Source: Pseudomonadota bacterium (GTDB lineage: Bacteria > Pseudomonadota > Alphaproteobacteria > Rhodobacterales > Rhodobacteraceae). From it: a DNA stretch of 64,000 nucleotides. A program made the position numbers and the translations under genes. Under the pieces are notes generated by a model that saw nothing but the letters and a program-made list of their open reading frames with translations, was not told the origin of the DNA and searched no databases. Positions 19,367-31,419 of the stretch are shown here, one piece after another. How positions within the stretch are numbered: position 1 is the first letter of the stretch; each line of letters starts with the position of its first letter. The stretch covers positions 10,318-74,317 of the forward strand of contig JBCBFU010000003.1 of assembly GCA_038527375.1 (NCBI GenBank). Reading direction: 5' to 3'.

Positions 19367-20578
19367 ATGACACCCGAGAGGTTCCAAACCCTCCCCGAGG
19401 CGACGTGGCCGCGTTTGCGTGGCTTGCTGGATGTGGACGCACCCGCGGCAGTTGAGGGCCGTACGGGGCCGATCAACATGACCATTGGCGAACCGAAGCA
19501 CCCGTTTCCCGACTGGCTGCCCGACCTCATGGCGCGGCATTCCGGCGGCTGGGGGAAGTATCCCGATAACAATGGTTTGCCAGTCCTGCGGGAGGCCATC
19601 GCCGCGTGGATCCTGCGCCGCTACGGCGTTTCGGTCGATCCCGATACCCAAGTCATGGCCTTGAACGGGACCCGCGAGGGGCTGTTCGGTGCGGCGCTTG
19701 CCCTGTGTCCCGACGACAAGGGTGGACGACGGCCCAAGGTCCTGATCCCAAACCCGTTTTACCCGGTCTATGGTGTAGCCTCGCTCGCTGTGCGCGCCGA
19801 GCCTGTCTATGTTGCGGCCACCCGCGAGACAGGGTTTTTGCCAGACTACGCGAGCCTGTCTGAGGACGTGCTGCGCGATACGGCGATCTGCTATATCTGT
19901 TCGCCCGCGAACCCGCAGGGCACGGTGGCGGATGAGGCCTATTGGAGGCGCCTGTTCGAATTGGCGGAGCGGTATGATTTCCGCATCTTCTCGGACGAGT
20001 GCTATTCCGAGATCTACCGCCACGCCCCGCCGCCGGGCGCGCTGGAGATGGCGCATAAGCTGGGCGCCGATCCCGAACGCGTGGTGATTTTCCATTCGCT
20101 GTCCAAGCGGTCGAACCTGCCGGGGCTGCGGTCAGGCTTTGTGGCCGGTGGGCCGCGCAGCATGGCCGAAATCAAGCGCTTGCGCGCCACCGCGGGCGCG
20201 CCGCTGCCGAACCCCATTCAGGAGGTCAGCGCGGCAGTTTGGGCGGACGAGGCCCATGTTGTGACCAACCGGCAACAATATTTCGACAAATTTGAGGTCG
20301 CTGACCACATTTTTGCCGGGTTTGAGGGCTACCACAGCCCAGACGCGGGATTTTTCCTGTGGCTTCCCGTGACGCCCTATGGCGGTGACGGCGAAGCAAC
20401 GGCCAGTGCCCTGTGGCGACAGGCGGGTGTGCGCACCCTGCCCGGGGCGTATCTGGCGCGAGAGGTGGACGGGAAAAATCCCGGCGCCGACTATATCCGG
20501 GTGGCCTTGGTTGCCCCAAAAGACGAGATGGCACAGGGTCTGCAATTGATCCGTGACCATCTGAAAAACGACACGTGA
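19367..20578 (+). CDS. Class I/II aminotransferase (DapC/succinyldiaminopimelate transaminase-like)
   Basis: 403 aa. MTIGEPKHPFP, NPANPQG and SLSKRSN motifs present. Confidence 0.7.
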   Translation: MTPERFQTLPEATWPRLRGLLDVDAPAAVEGRTGPINMTIGEPKHPFPDWLPDLMARHSGGWGKYPDNNGLPVLREAIAAWILRRYGVSVDPDTQVMALNGTREGLFGAALALCPDDKGGRRPKVLIPNPFYPVYGVASLAVRAEPVYVAATRETGFLPDYASLSEDVLRDTAICYICSPANPQGTVADEAYWRRLFELAERYDFRIFSDECYSEIYRHAPPPGALEMAHKLGADPERVVIFHSLSKRSNLPGLRSGFVAGGPRSMAEIKRLRATAGAPLPNPIQEVSAAVWADEAHVVTNRQQYFDKFEVADHIFAGFEGYHSPDAGFFLWLPVTPYGGDGEATASALWRQAGVRTLPGAYLAREVDGKNPGADYIRVALVAPKDEMAQGLQLIRDHLKNDT

Positions 20579-20587
20579 GGCGAGCAG

Positions 20588-23686
<3,099 letters not shown>

Positions 23687-23819
23687 CGGCGCGACGCCGG
23701 AACCTGAACTGCCGGACACTCGTTAAGACCTGCGCATTTGGGCGGGTTTAGCGGGGCTGCTATCGCATATCACAGCGTGGCTCCCTACGTTCAGCGTAAC
23801 GAGTAGGAAAGGACAGGAC

Positions 23820-24434
23820 ATGTCTGTCACGAGACGCAAGCTTTTGGCCGGGGCGGCCGCATTCGGGGTCGCAGCGCCCTTTGCCGGGGCAGCGCAGGCG
23901 CAGGCCAAGGTGCCACTGGCCGCGCTGAGCCAATACCTCAATCAACTGAGCACGGCGCAAGGCGCGTTCACGCAGGTCAACCCGGACGGGTCGATCACGA
24001 CGGGCACGATTTATATCAAGCGCCCGGGCCGGGTGCGGTTCGAATACAACCCGCCCGAACGTGCGATGGTCATTGCGGGCGGTGGGCAGTTGGCGGTGTT
24101 TGATCCCCGCTCGGACGAGCCGACGCGCTACCCCCTGAACCAGACGCCCCTGTCGATCATTCTGGCCCGCAATGTCGATCTGACGCGGGCGCGCATGGTG
24201 ACCGCGCACACGTCGGACGGGACAACCACGACCGTGCGGGCCCAAGACCCTGACAACCCCGAATACGGGTCGATTGATCTGGTCTTCACGGCCGCCCCGA
24301 TCGAGCTGCGCCAATGGGTGATCAACGAGAACGGGTCGTCCACGACGGTGATCCTGGGCGATCTGCAGAGCGGCGTGACCGTGCGGGAGCGGTTGTTCAA
24401 CATCCAGGCTGAAATGCGCGATTGGGCGGGGTGA
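23820..24434 (+). CDS. lolA: LolA-family outer-membrane lipoprotein carrier protein
   Basis: 204 aa with a Tat-like signal (RRKLLAGAAAF). It follows ftsK in the conserved synteny, and FTQVNPDGS...IKRPGRVRFEY resembles LolA. Confidence 0.7.
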   Translation: MSVTRRKLLAGAAAFGVAAPFAGAAQAQAKVPLAALSQYLNQLSTAQGAFTQVNPDGSITTGTIYIKRPGRVRFEYNPPERAMVIAGGGQLAVFDPRSDEPTRYPLNQTPLSIILARNVDLTRARMVTAHTSDGTTTTVRAQDPDNPEYGSIDLVFTAAPIELRQWVINENGSSTTVILGDLQSGVTVRERLFNIQAEMRDWAG

Positions 24435-24465
24435 GAGGCCCGCGCCCTTTGATTGCCTCCGGCGG

Positions 24466-24531
24466 GAGTTTTTGAGGACCATCGAGAGGGGCGCGCGCCG
24501 CCCTGTGCTTTTCGATGGTCCCAAAATACTC
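24466..24531 (+). repeat. REP-like palindromic intergenic element, copy B
   Basis: GAGTTTTTGA-GGACCATCGAGAGGGG...CTTTTCGATGGTCC-CAAAATACTC lies directly after the lolA stop codon. Confidence 0.8.
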
Positions 24532-24546
24532 GGAAATGTCCCGGCC

Positions 24547-25137
24547 TTAGATTTTGCGGCAGCGCTGGAGTTGCTGGTGATACATCACCGAGCGGTCGCC
24601 GACCTCGCGCGCGACGCGCATCAGCCACGCTTTCTTGAGGTAGGTGCCACGGCGATAACCGGTACGGCCATCGTGGTAGGCGAGGTATTGGTTGGTGGCG
24701 TCGGTCAATGGGATGCCAAGCTCCCGGTTTGACTGTGCCATGTACCAGCCCATGAAGTCGGTCGCGTCGCGGATGTTGTCGCGGCGGGCTCGGGGTTTGC
24801 CTTCGAGGCGCTTGTATTCCTCCCACGTCGCATCCAGCGCCTGGCTGTAGCCAAAGGCCGAGGATTGCCGCCCGATGGGGATCACGCCCAGCTTGTACTG
24901 GAACGGCGTCCGCGCGTCGGAAATGAATTTGCTCTCTTGGTAGATCGTGGCCATCTGCACCGCGACCGGAACGCCGTAACGCCGTTCGGCCGTTTTGAAC
25001 GCGCGCAGGTAACCCGCGCGTTCGTTCACGATGGCGCAGGCGTTATCCAGCTCGCGCGGGGCCTTGCCCGAGCCGCCGCCACCCGCGCAAGAGCCCAGGA
25101 TCATCAGTGCCAAGAGGGCGAAGATTGGTCTGCTCAT
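24547..25137 (-). CDS. Transglycosylase SLT-domain lipoprotein
   Basis: 196 aa with an LGSC lipobox. The IYQESKF segment contains a catalytic-Glu-like motif, and GYSQAL is present. Confidence 0.6.
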   Translation of the reverse strand: MSRPIFALLALMILGSCAGGGGSGKAPRELDNACAIVNERAGYLRAFKTAERRYGVPVAVQMATIYQESKFISDARTPFQYKLGVIPIGRQSSAFGYSQALDATWEEYKRLEGKPRARRDNIRDATDFMGWYMAQSNRELGIPLTDATNQYLAYHDGRTGYRRGTYLKKAWLMRVAREVGDRSVMYHQQLQRCRKI

Positions 25138-25214
25138 CTGCCTGCCCGTTTTTCGTTTATTTTCAGGCAGTATACCCCAAAATCACCCCGCGTGGAAATC
25201 ACGAAATCGCCGGG

Positions 25215-26096
25215 TCACAGCACCAGGGCAAGAATGAGCGGAAGTATGATCACCGACAGGAGCGTCGACATGACGACGAGGCCCGCGACGGCCTGCGCGT
25301 CGGCCTTGTATTTGACCGCGATGAGGTAGCTGGTCACCGCTGCGGGGGCCGCGATCTGCAGCACGAGGATGCCGAAGGCGGTGGGCGGCAGCGCGAAGGC
25401 AGTAGCGATGCCCCAGCCCACCGCGATGCAGAGCGCGGCCTTGGCCAGCGCGACGGCGGTCGCCACGCGAATATTGGCAGGTGTCAGTCGGGCAACGGCT
25501 GTGCCCAGTGTGATCAGCATCAAGGGGATCGCGAGCTGGCCGAGAAGCGAGAGCGTGTTGGTTACCACCGTGGGCGTCTCCCACCCCTGCCAAAGGAAGA
25601 GCGCGCCCAGCACCGTGGCCCAGATCATCGGTTCGCGCAGCATGGGGCGCAGAGAGGACGCGCCCGCCACCATCCACACACCGAAGGTGAAGGCGTAGAT
25701 GACGGAGACCGCAAAGACCACAACCGCAAAGCCGAGGCCGGTATCGCCATAGGCAAAGACCGCCAGCGGCAGGCCGATATTGCCCGTGTTTCCCATGCCA
25801 AGCGGGGCGAGGTAGGTGCGCAGGTCAAGCCCCGCGAGGCGCGCGATGCCAAAGGCCCCTGCCGTGACCACGAGGTACGCGCAGGCCGCCGCAACCGCGA
25901 TCCGCGACAGCGCATCGAGCGCAATGTCGGTCTGCATCAGCGCCACAAAGATCAGCGCGGGCACGCCCAGCGTCATCGCCAGACGGGTCACGAACTCCGT
26001 TGGATAATCATAGCCCAGACGCACCCAGACATAGCCGATTGCGGCCAGTGCAAAGACCGGGGCCGTGATCTCGAGCACTGTCAGGGCAAGGTTCAC
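25215..26096 (-). CDS. AEC (auxin efflux carrier) family transporter
   Basis: 293 aa, polytopic membrane protein with an AEC-like pattern (GNTGNIGLPLA). Confidence 0.75.
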   Translation of the reverse strand: MNLALTVLEITAPVFALAAIGYVWVRLGYDYPTEFVTRLAMTLGVPALIFVALMQTDIALDALSRIAVAAACAYLVVTAGAFGIARLAGLDLRTYLAPLGMGNTGNIGLPLAVFAYGDTGLGFAVVVFAVSVIYAFTFGVWMVAGASSLRPMLREPMIWATVLGALFLWQGWETPTVVTNTLSLLGQLAIPLMLITLGTAVARLTPANIRVATAVALAKAALCIAVGWGIATAFALPPTAFGILVLQIAAPAAVTSYLIAVKYKADAQAVAGLVVMSTLLSVIILPLILALVL

Positions 26097-26173
26097 AGAC
26101 TGTTTCCTTGGGTTTTAGAGGCGAATCATCGACATTGGTCCGACTGGGAGCGTAGTAAGCGCGTCGGAGGCCC

Positions 26174-26506
26174 ATGCCTATGTTGAAACAGCGCGCCAAA
26201 TATCATCTCGGTCAGGTCGTCCGCCACAAGAAGCACCCGTTTCGCGGTGTTGTCTTTGATGTGGACCCTGAGTTTTCGAACACCGAAGAATGGTATGACG
26301 CAATCCCCGAGGACAGTCGTCCCCGCAAGGAGCAGCCGTTTTACCACCTGCTGGCCGAGAACGATCAGAGCTATTACGTGGCCTATGTGTCCGAGCAGAA
26401 CCTTGTCGCGGATTATTCGGGCGAGCCTGTGGACCACCCCGATATCCCAGACCTGTTTGGCCCGTTCCACGATGGCGCCTACCCGCTGCAGTTCCAGTTG
26501 AACTGA
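26174..26506 (+). CDS. hspQ: Heat-shock protein HspQ (hemimethylated-DNA-binding YccV family)
   Basis: 110 aa. KYHLGQVVRHKKHPFRGVVFDVDPEF...QPFYHLLAEN present. Confidence 0.85.
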   Translation: MPMLKQRAKYHLGQVVRHKKHPFRGVVFDVDPEFSNTEEWYDAIPEDSRPRKEQPFYHLLAENDQSYYVAYVSEQNLVADYSGEPVDHPDIPDLFGPFHDGAYPLQFQLN

Positions 26507-26545
26507 CGGGTGGGGCGGACGCCCAACCTTTGCAATTTGCCGCGA

Positions 26546-28123
26546 TTAGTAGCCGAGGGCGCAGCCGTCCTTGCGCGGGTCTGAGGCACCTTCGAGAACG
26601 CCGTCGTCCCGCATGAGGATGGCTTGGGCGCCGCCGATGGCGGTGTCGGGGATGGTGACGTCGTGGCCCATATCCGTCAGTTCGGCGCGCACGGCGTCGC
26701 TGTAGCCGCGTTCGACTTTCATTACGCCTGCGTCCGAGAAGGCGCGGGGTGCGTCGATCACATCCTGCGGCGACATGCCGAAATCCGTCATATTCGTGAC
26801 GAAACGTGCATGACCATTGGGTTGATAGGCACCGCCCATCACGCCGAAGGGCATGATCGTCTTGCCTTTGCTGCGCAGCATTCCAGGGATGATCGTGTGC
26901 ATGGGGCGCTTGCCGCCCATGGCCTCGTTGGGGTGCCCGGCCTCGAGCGTGAAGCCCGCGCCGCGGTTTTGGAAGAGGATGCCGAATTTGTCTGACGCGA
27001 TGCCCGAGCCGAAAGAATGGAAGACCGAGTAGATCAGCGACACCGACATGCGGTTTGCGTCGACTACGGTGATATAGATCGTGTCCTTGTGCACGGCCTC
27101 GGACACCGAAGACGGGTTGGCCATCGCGCGTTTGGGGTCGATCAGTGCTGCCAGCCGATCGGCGGTCACGGGGTCGAGCATGTGGGCCAGCCGCGCGGTG
27201 TGGTCGGGATCGGCCAGAATGCGGTTGCGGGCGTCATAGGCAAGCTTGGCCGCCTCGGCCTCGATATGGGCGCGCTGGGTGCCCCAGGGATCCATGGCCG
27301 AGATGTCGAAATGCGCCAGGATGTTGAGCATCAGGATCGCGGTTGCGCCTTGGCCGTTTGGCGGATGCTCGACCAGTTCGATGTCCTTGTAGGTGCCGCT
27401 GATGGGCGCGTCATAGGTCGATGCGGTCGCCGCGAAGTCCTCCAGTGTATGGAGGCCGCCCGCCGCGCGCAGGCTGTTCACCATATCCTCGGCGATTTCG
27501 CCTTCGTAGAAGGCTTCGCGCCCGTCCATGGCGATGCGGCGCAGAACCTCGGCCTGGTCGGGGCAGCGGAAGATTTGCCCCGGGGTGGGGGCCGCGCCGC
27601 CAAAGCTGTAGCGGCTGGTGGCGGAAGGGTGCAGGTCGCCCACCGCCTCGGCCCAGTCGAAGGCCACACGGGGGGCCACGGGGATGCCGGCCTCGGCGTA
27701 GTGGATCGCAGGCGCGAGGATCGTGGCGAGGCCCAGTTTGCCGTGATCGGCGGACAGGCGGCAGATGGCGTCGATGGCGCCCGGCACCGTCACGGCGTGG
27801 GCGGCATGGGTGGGCATCGTGGTCAGCCCTTGGTCGCGCAGGTCTGCGGCGGACAGGGCTGCGGGCGCGCGGCCCGATCCGTTCATCGCGATGATGTCGG
27901 CGTTCTGGTCGGGGGCGATCAGGGCAAAGAGGTCGCCGCCGATCCCGGTCATCTGCGGTTCGGCCAGACCCAGCAGGACAGCCCCGGCGAGGGCAGCGTC
28001 CATGGCGTTGCCGCCTGATTCCAGCATTTGAACGGCGACTTTGGCCGCCAGCGGGTGGGAGGTCGCGCACATGCCATTGGTAGCGAGGACGGGGGACCGC
28101 CCGGGAAGGTGAAAGTCGCGCAT
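26546..28123 (-). CDS. Gamma-glutamyltransferase family protein
   Basis: 525 aa with the family pattern GGNAMDAALA...GIGGD...DTIYITVVD...MGG. Confidence 0.85.
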   Translation of the reverse strand: MRDFHLPGRSPVLATNGMCATSHPLAAKVAVQMLESGGNAMDAALAGAVLLGLAEPQMTGIGGDLFALIAPDQNADIIAMNGSGRAPAALSAADLRDQGLTTMPTHAAHAVTVPGAIDAICRLSADHGKLGLATILAPAIHYAEAGIPVAPRVAFDWAEAVGDLHPSATSRYSFGGAAPTPGQIFRCPDQAEVLRRIAMDGREAFYEGEIAEDMVNSLRAAGGLHTLEDFAATASTYDAPISGTYKDIELVEHPPNGQGATAILMLNILAHFDISAMDPWGTQRAHIEAEAAKLAYDARNRILADPDHTARLAHMLDPVTADRLAALIDPKRAMANPSSVSEAVHKDTIYITVVDANRMSVSLIYSVFHSFGSGIASDKFGILFQNRGAGFTLEAGHPNEAMGGKRPMHTIIPGMLRSKGKTIMPFGVMGGAYQPNGHARFVTNMTDFGMSPQDVIDAPRAFSDAGVMKVERGYSDAVRAELTDMGHDVTIPDTAIGGAQAILMRDDGVLEGASDPRKDGCALGY

Positions 28124-28260
28124 GATGTCTCCCTAGATCTTCGTGCGCCTGTTCGTGGCAGGCGTTGTCTTGCTGGGCACGGGGTCGCGTGCCTGCGGGA
28201 GCCTAAGCCGCGTGGCGTCAGGTTCAAGGGATGGCGGTATCGCTTGGGAGGTAAATGGCG

Positions 28261-28328
28261 GCTCAAAGCCTCCGCCGCTGCGCACTGGGTGGGGGCTGTT
28301 AACGCAGCGGCGGAGTGAAGCTTTGAGC
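28261..28328. repeat. Long imperfect inverted repeat (22-bp stem, 4-nt bulge, 20-nt loop)
   Basis: 28261-28282 GCTCAAAGCCTCCGCCGCTGCG pairs with 28303-28328 CGCAGCGGCGGAG(TGAA)GCTTTGAGC. Confidence 0.85.
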
Positions 28329-28408
28329 AGCTCTGCGGGCGGTATGACCGTGGAGGGCGGCGCATCGCGGGCGGGGATGTGGCAAAGCTGTGGCCCTTGC
28401 GCGCAAGT

Positions 28409-28506
28409 TGGAAACAGTTCGGTTGGCCCGTGGAAACAGTTTGGGAAACAGCTGGGGAATAGACAGGGGTGCTTGGGGATACAGTCAGAGACACGGTTGG
28501 GGACCC
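28409..28506. repeat. Degenerate phased repeats with TGG(G)(G)AWACAG-like units
   Basis: Units start at 28409, 28431, 28442, 28453, 28474 and 28498. Spacings are 22, 11, 11, 21 and 24 bp. GAGACACGG also occurs twice, at about 28488 and about 28521. Confidence 0.6.
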
Positions 28507-28647
28507 CGGTCGACACCGCGTGAGACACGGTGCGCAAAAGGATGACCCGGCCGCAACAGCGCGGCGGGGCACATGCCGGCGTGGTGGGCCGGGTGGCCCC
28601 GATTGGGAGGATCACGCGTGAGGGATCATGCGACGCAGTTCGACGCG

Positions 28648-29097
28648 TCAGCCTTCGCCCAGAATCATCCGAAAGCTCAGGTGGTTTTGCGTATCGCGCC
28701 GCTCGTAGACGAGGTCGCGGGCAAGTTCCCCGATCAGGAACCAGCCAAACCCGCCTTCGGGCAGGTCATTGACCTCGACATCCAGATTGGCGGGCATGCC
28801 CAGCGGGGTCTGCCCGTCGGGCATCGGTTTACCGTCATCCACAAGCGCAAAGGTCATGCCGCCGGGGATGTAGGTGGCATCGAGCGCGATGGCCCCGTCG
28901 CCCCGTTCTTCATAAGCGTGTTCGGCGATGTTGTTGAGCACTTCGGCCAGGACCAGTTCGACCGTCCCCCGCTCCTCCGGCAGGAAATTGCGGCCCTCCA
29001 TATCGTCGATGAGGGCCTGAAGGGAATGGCGAACCTCGAATGTGTCCGACAGGCAGCGGATGGTAAACGCGTTGGCGTGAGAGGCTGTTTCGATCAT
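28648..29097 (-). CDS. Anti-sigma regulatory factor serine kinase (RsbW/SpoIIAB-like, HATPase_c_2)
   Basis: 149 aa from MIETASH. VLAEVLNNIAEHAY (N-box) and DDGKPM...GGFGWFLI (G-boxes) present. Confidence 0.75.
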   Translation of the reverse strand: MIETASHANAFTIRCLSDTFEVRHSLQALIDDMEGRNFLPEERGTVELVLAEVLNNIAEHAYEERGDGAIALDATYIPGGMTFALVDDGKPMPDGQTPLGMPANLDVEVNDLPEGGFGWFLIGELARDLVYERRDTQNHLSFRMILGEG

Positions 29098-29110
29098 GGT
29101 GCAGCCCCCG

Positions 29111-29452
29111 TCACGATGCTTGCGCCGGGGGAAAGGCCGCGGCGACGTCTGCGTGGATTTTGAACACCGTGTCCATCCGCGTGAGTTTGAACACCTTGGC
29201 CACAACCGGTGTCAGGCAGGCCAATTCCAGCACGTGATCGCCGTTCAGCAGTTTCATACCGGCCACCACGGCACCCAATCCTGAGCTGTCGATAAAGGTC
29301 ACATCCGACAAATCCAGCACGACGCGGTGCGGGCCGCCTTGGGTGACGGCGCGCAGCGTATCCTTGAACTGGATCGCGACCGCGGCGTCGATCCGGCTGT
29401 CGATAACCTTGACGAGACGCGCGTCCGCGATATCCGTGGTTGTCATATCCAT
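29111..29452 (-). CDS. STAS-domain anti-sigma-factor antagonist (RsbV/SpoIIAA-like)
   Basis: 113 aa from MDMTTTD. DLSDVTFIDSSGLGAVV contains the phosphorylatable serine motif. Confidence 0.8.
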   Translation of the reverse strand: MDMTTTDIADARLVKVIDSRIDAAVAIQFKDTLRAVTQGGPHRVVLDLSDVTFIDSSGLGAVVAGMKLLNGDHVLELACLTPVVAKVFKLTRMDTVFKIHADVAAAFPPAQAS

Positions 29453-29568
29453 TTGGCTGTCCTGTCCGCTCTGTCTGTTGTCGGGGCACGGTAGGGCCGG
29501 AAGGTTACCAAAGGCTTTGCGTCCGCGCGTCCAAAGGCGCAACGCGGCATTAAAAGGGGGACAGCGCC

Positions 29569-30723
29569 ATGCGCGACGTATTCATCCACGGGGCAACCCG
29601 CACACCCATGGGCGGCCTACAGGGGAGCCTTTCGGGCGCGACGGCAGCTGAATTGGGCGGGACCGCGATTCGCGCCGCCATGGATGGCGCGGGGATGGAG
29701 ACCGTGGACGAGGTTCTGATGGGCTGCGTCCTGCCCGCCGGTCAGGGTCAGGCCCCTGCGCGGCAGGCGGGGTTTACGGCTGGGCTGGGCGAGGAGGTTC
29801 CGGCCACGACGCTCAACAAGATGTGTGGGTCGGGCATGAAGGCCGCGATGATGGCCTTTGACCAGATCGCGCTGGGCCACGCCGACACTATGGTCGCCGG
29901 CGGGATGGAGAGCATGACAAACGCCCCCTACCTGTTGCCCAAGATGCGCGGCGGCGCGCGGCTGGGCCACGGGGCGGTGCAGGATTCCATGTTCCTCGAC
30001 GGGTTGGAGGATGCCTATGACAAGGGCCGCCTGATGGGCACCTTTGCCGAAGACTGCGCCGAGACCTACCAGTTCACGCGCGAGGATCAGGACGCCTATG
30101 CGCTGGGGTCGCTCGACAACGCCTTGGCCGCGCAGGCCAGCGGGGCGTTCGGGGTCGAGATCGCGCCGGTCACCCTGCGCACCCGCAAGGGAGAGGTGGT
30201 CGTCGACACGGATGAGCAGCCCGGCAATGCGCGACCCGAGAAGATCCCGCATCTGAAACCGGCCTTTCGCGAGGGGGGCACAGTGACCCCGGCCAATGCG
30301 TCGTCCATCAGCGATGGGGCAGCGGCGCTGATCCTTGGGGCCAGTGCAGAGGGCGCAAGGGCGCGGATTGTGGGTCATGCGAGCCACGCTCAGGCGCCCG
30401 GGTGGTTCACGACCGCGCCGGTGCCTGCGGCCCGCAACCTGTTGGACCGGATCGGATGGTCGGTCGAGGATGTCGACCTGTGGGAGGTGAACGAGGCCTT
30501 TGCCGTCGTGCCCATGGCCTTCATGCATGAAATGGGCCTGCCCCGGGACAAGGTGAACGTGAACGGCGGGGCCTGCGCGCTGGGCCATCCCATTGGTGCG
30601 TCGGGTGCGCGGATCATGGTGACGCTGCTTCACGCGCTCGAGGCGCGGGGATTGCAACGCGGGGTGGCGGCCATTTGCATCGGCGGCGGCGAAGGCACCG
30701 CCATCGCGATCGAGCGTGTGTGA
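29569..30723 (+). CDS. Acetyl-CoA C-acyltransferase (thiolase)
   Basis: 384 aa. NKMCGSGMKA holds the active-site Cys; NVNGGACALGHPIGASGAR and ICIGGGEG present. Confidence 0.9.
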   Translation: MRDVFIHGATRTPMGGLQGSLSGATAAELGGTAIRAAMDGAGMETVDEVLMGCVLPAGQGQAPARQAGFTAGLGEEVPATTLNKMCGSGMKAAMMAFDQIALGHADTMVAGGMESMTNAPYLLPKMRGGARLGHGAVQDSMFLDGLEDAYDKGRLMGTFAEDCAETYQFTREDQDAYALGSLDNALAAQASGAFGVEIAPVTLRTRKGEVVVDTDEQPGNARPEKIPHLKPAFREGGTVTPANASSISDGAAALILGASAEGARARIVGHASHAQAPGWFTTAPVPAARNLLDRIGWSVEDVDLWEVNEAFAVVPMAFMHEMGLPRDKVNVNGGACALGHPIGASGARIMVTLLHALEARGLQRGVAAICIGGGEGTAIAIERV

Positions 30724-31202
30724 TGCGTGTGGACTATGACCATCTGGCGGCCACCATCGCTGCCCTAACCGAGGGCGAGACCGACATTGTCGCGCTGATG
30801 GCGACCGTCGCGTGCGAGGTGCACCAGTCCGACAACCGGTTCAACTGGACGGGGTTTTACCGCGTGGTGGCGCCTGAGTTGCTCAAGATCGGGCCGTACC
30901 AAGGTGGGCATGGCTGTCTGGTCATTCCGTTCTCGCGCGGGGTGTGCGGCGCCGCGGCGCGCACGGGCGAGGTTCAGCTTGTGCCGGATGTGGATGCGTT
31001 TCCCGGCCATATCGCTTGCGCGTCCTCCACGCGGTCCGAGCTTGTCCTGCCGGTCTGGGACGGCGCGGGCGATCTGCTCGGCGTGTTTGATCTGGACAGC
31101 GATCAGCCCGACGCCTTTGACGCGTCGGATGCGGCTGCTTTGACACGCATTCTGGCCGCGGCGTTTTCGGGCACGGTTCGCGGGCCTTTGCCTGCCACCT
31201 GA
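30723..31202 (+). CDS. GAF-domain protein (free methionine-R-sulfoxide reductase MsrC/YebR-like)
   Basis: 159 aa. WTGFYR...GPYQGGHGCLVIPFSRGVCG...GHIACASSTRSELVLP present. The ATG overlaps the thiolase TGA. Confidence 0.75.
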   Translation: MRVDYDHLAATIAALTEGETDIVALMATVACEVHQSDNRFNWTGFYRVVAPELLKIGPYQGGHGCLVIPFSRGVCGAAARTGEVQLVPDVDAFPGHIACASSTRSELVLPVWDGAGDLLGVFDLDSDQPDAFDASDAAALTRILAAAFSGTVRGPLPAT

Positions 31203-31338
31203 GCGCTCCTTGAGTACGGCGTCGATTGATGTGGGGCGGCCTTGGGCCGACCCCGCCGCGCGAAGCGCGGCCGCCCCCCCCAAATCGCCCAGAAAATGCC
31301 CCGGGGTAATCCTGCGGGAAGAATTCGGTCGCCAGCTC

Positions 31339-31414
31339 GTGAAAAATTCTTGCGAAATTTCATTTTGGAGTCATGAATGATTTTCGAAGTGAAAAAATCG
31401 CATCGGATTTCACG
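31339..31414 (+). promoter_or_regulatory. AT-rich promoter/operator region upstream of the XRE-cupin regulator
   Basis: GTGAAAAA direct repeats at 31339 and 31389. An inverted copy TTTCAC at 31408-31413. An imperfect inverted repeat pairs CGAAATTTCATT (31353-31364) with AATGATTTTCG (31376-31386). Confidence 0.4.
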
Positions 31415-31419
31415 CGACC

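Noticed and set aside
28133-28615. 160-aa minus-strand and 126-aa plus-strand ORFs filling the long gap between the rsbW-like gene and ggt
   Set aside because: They are Cys/Pro/Arg-rich, have no Shine-Dalgarno and no recognisable domain, and span the repeat clusters. I treat the region as non-coding.
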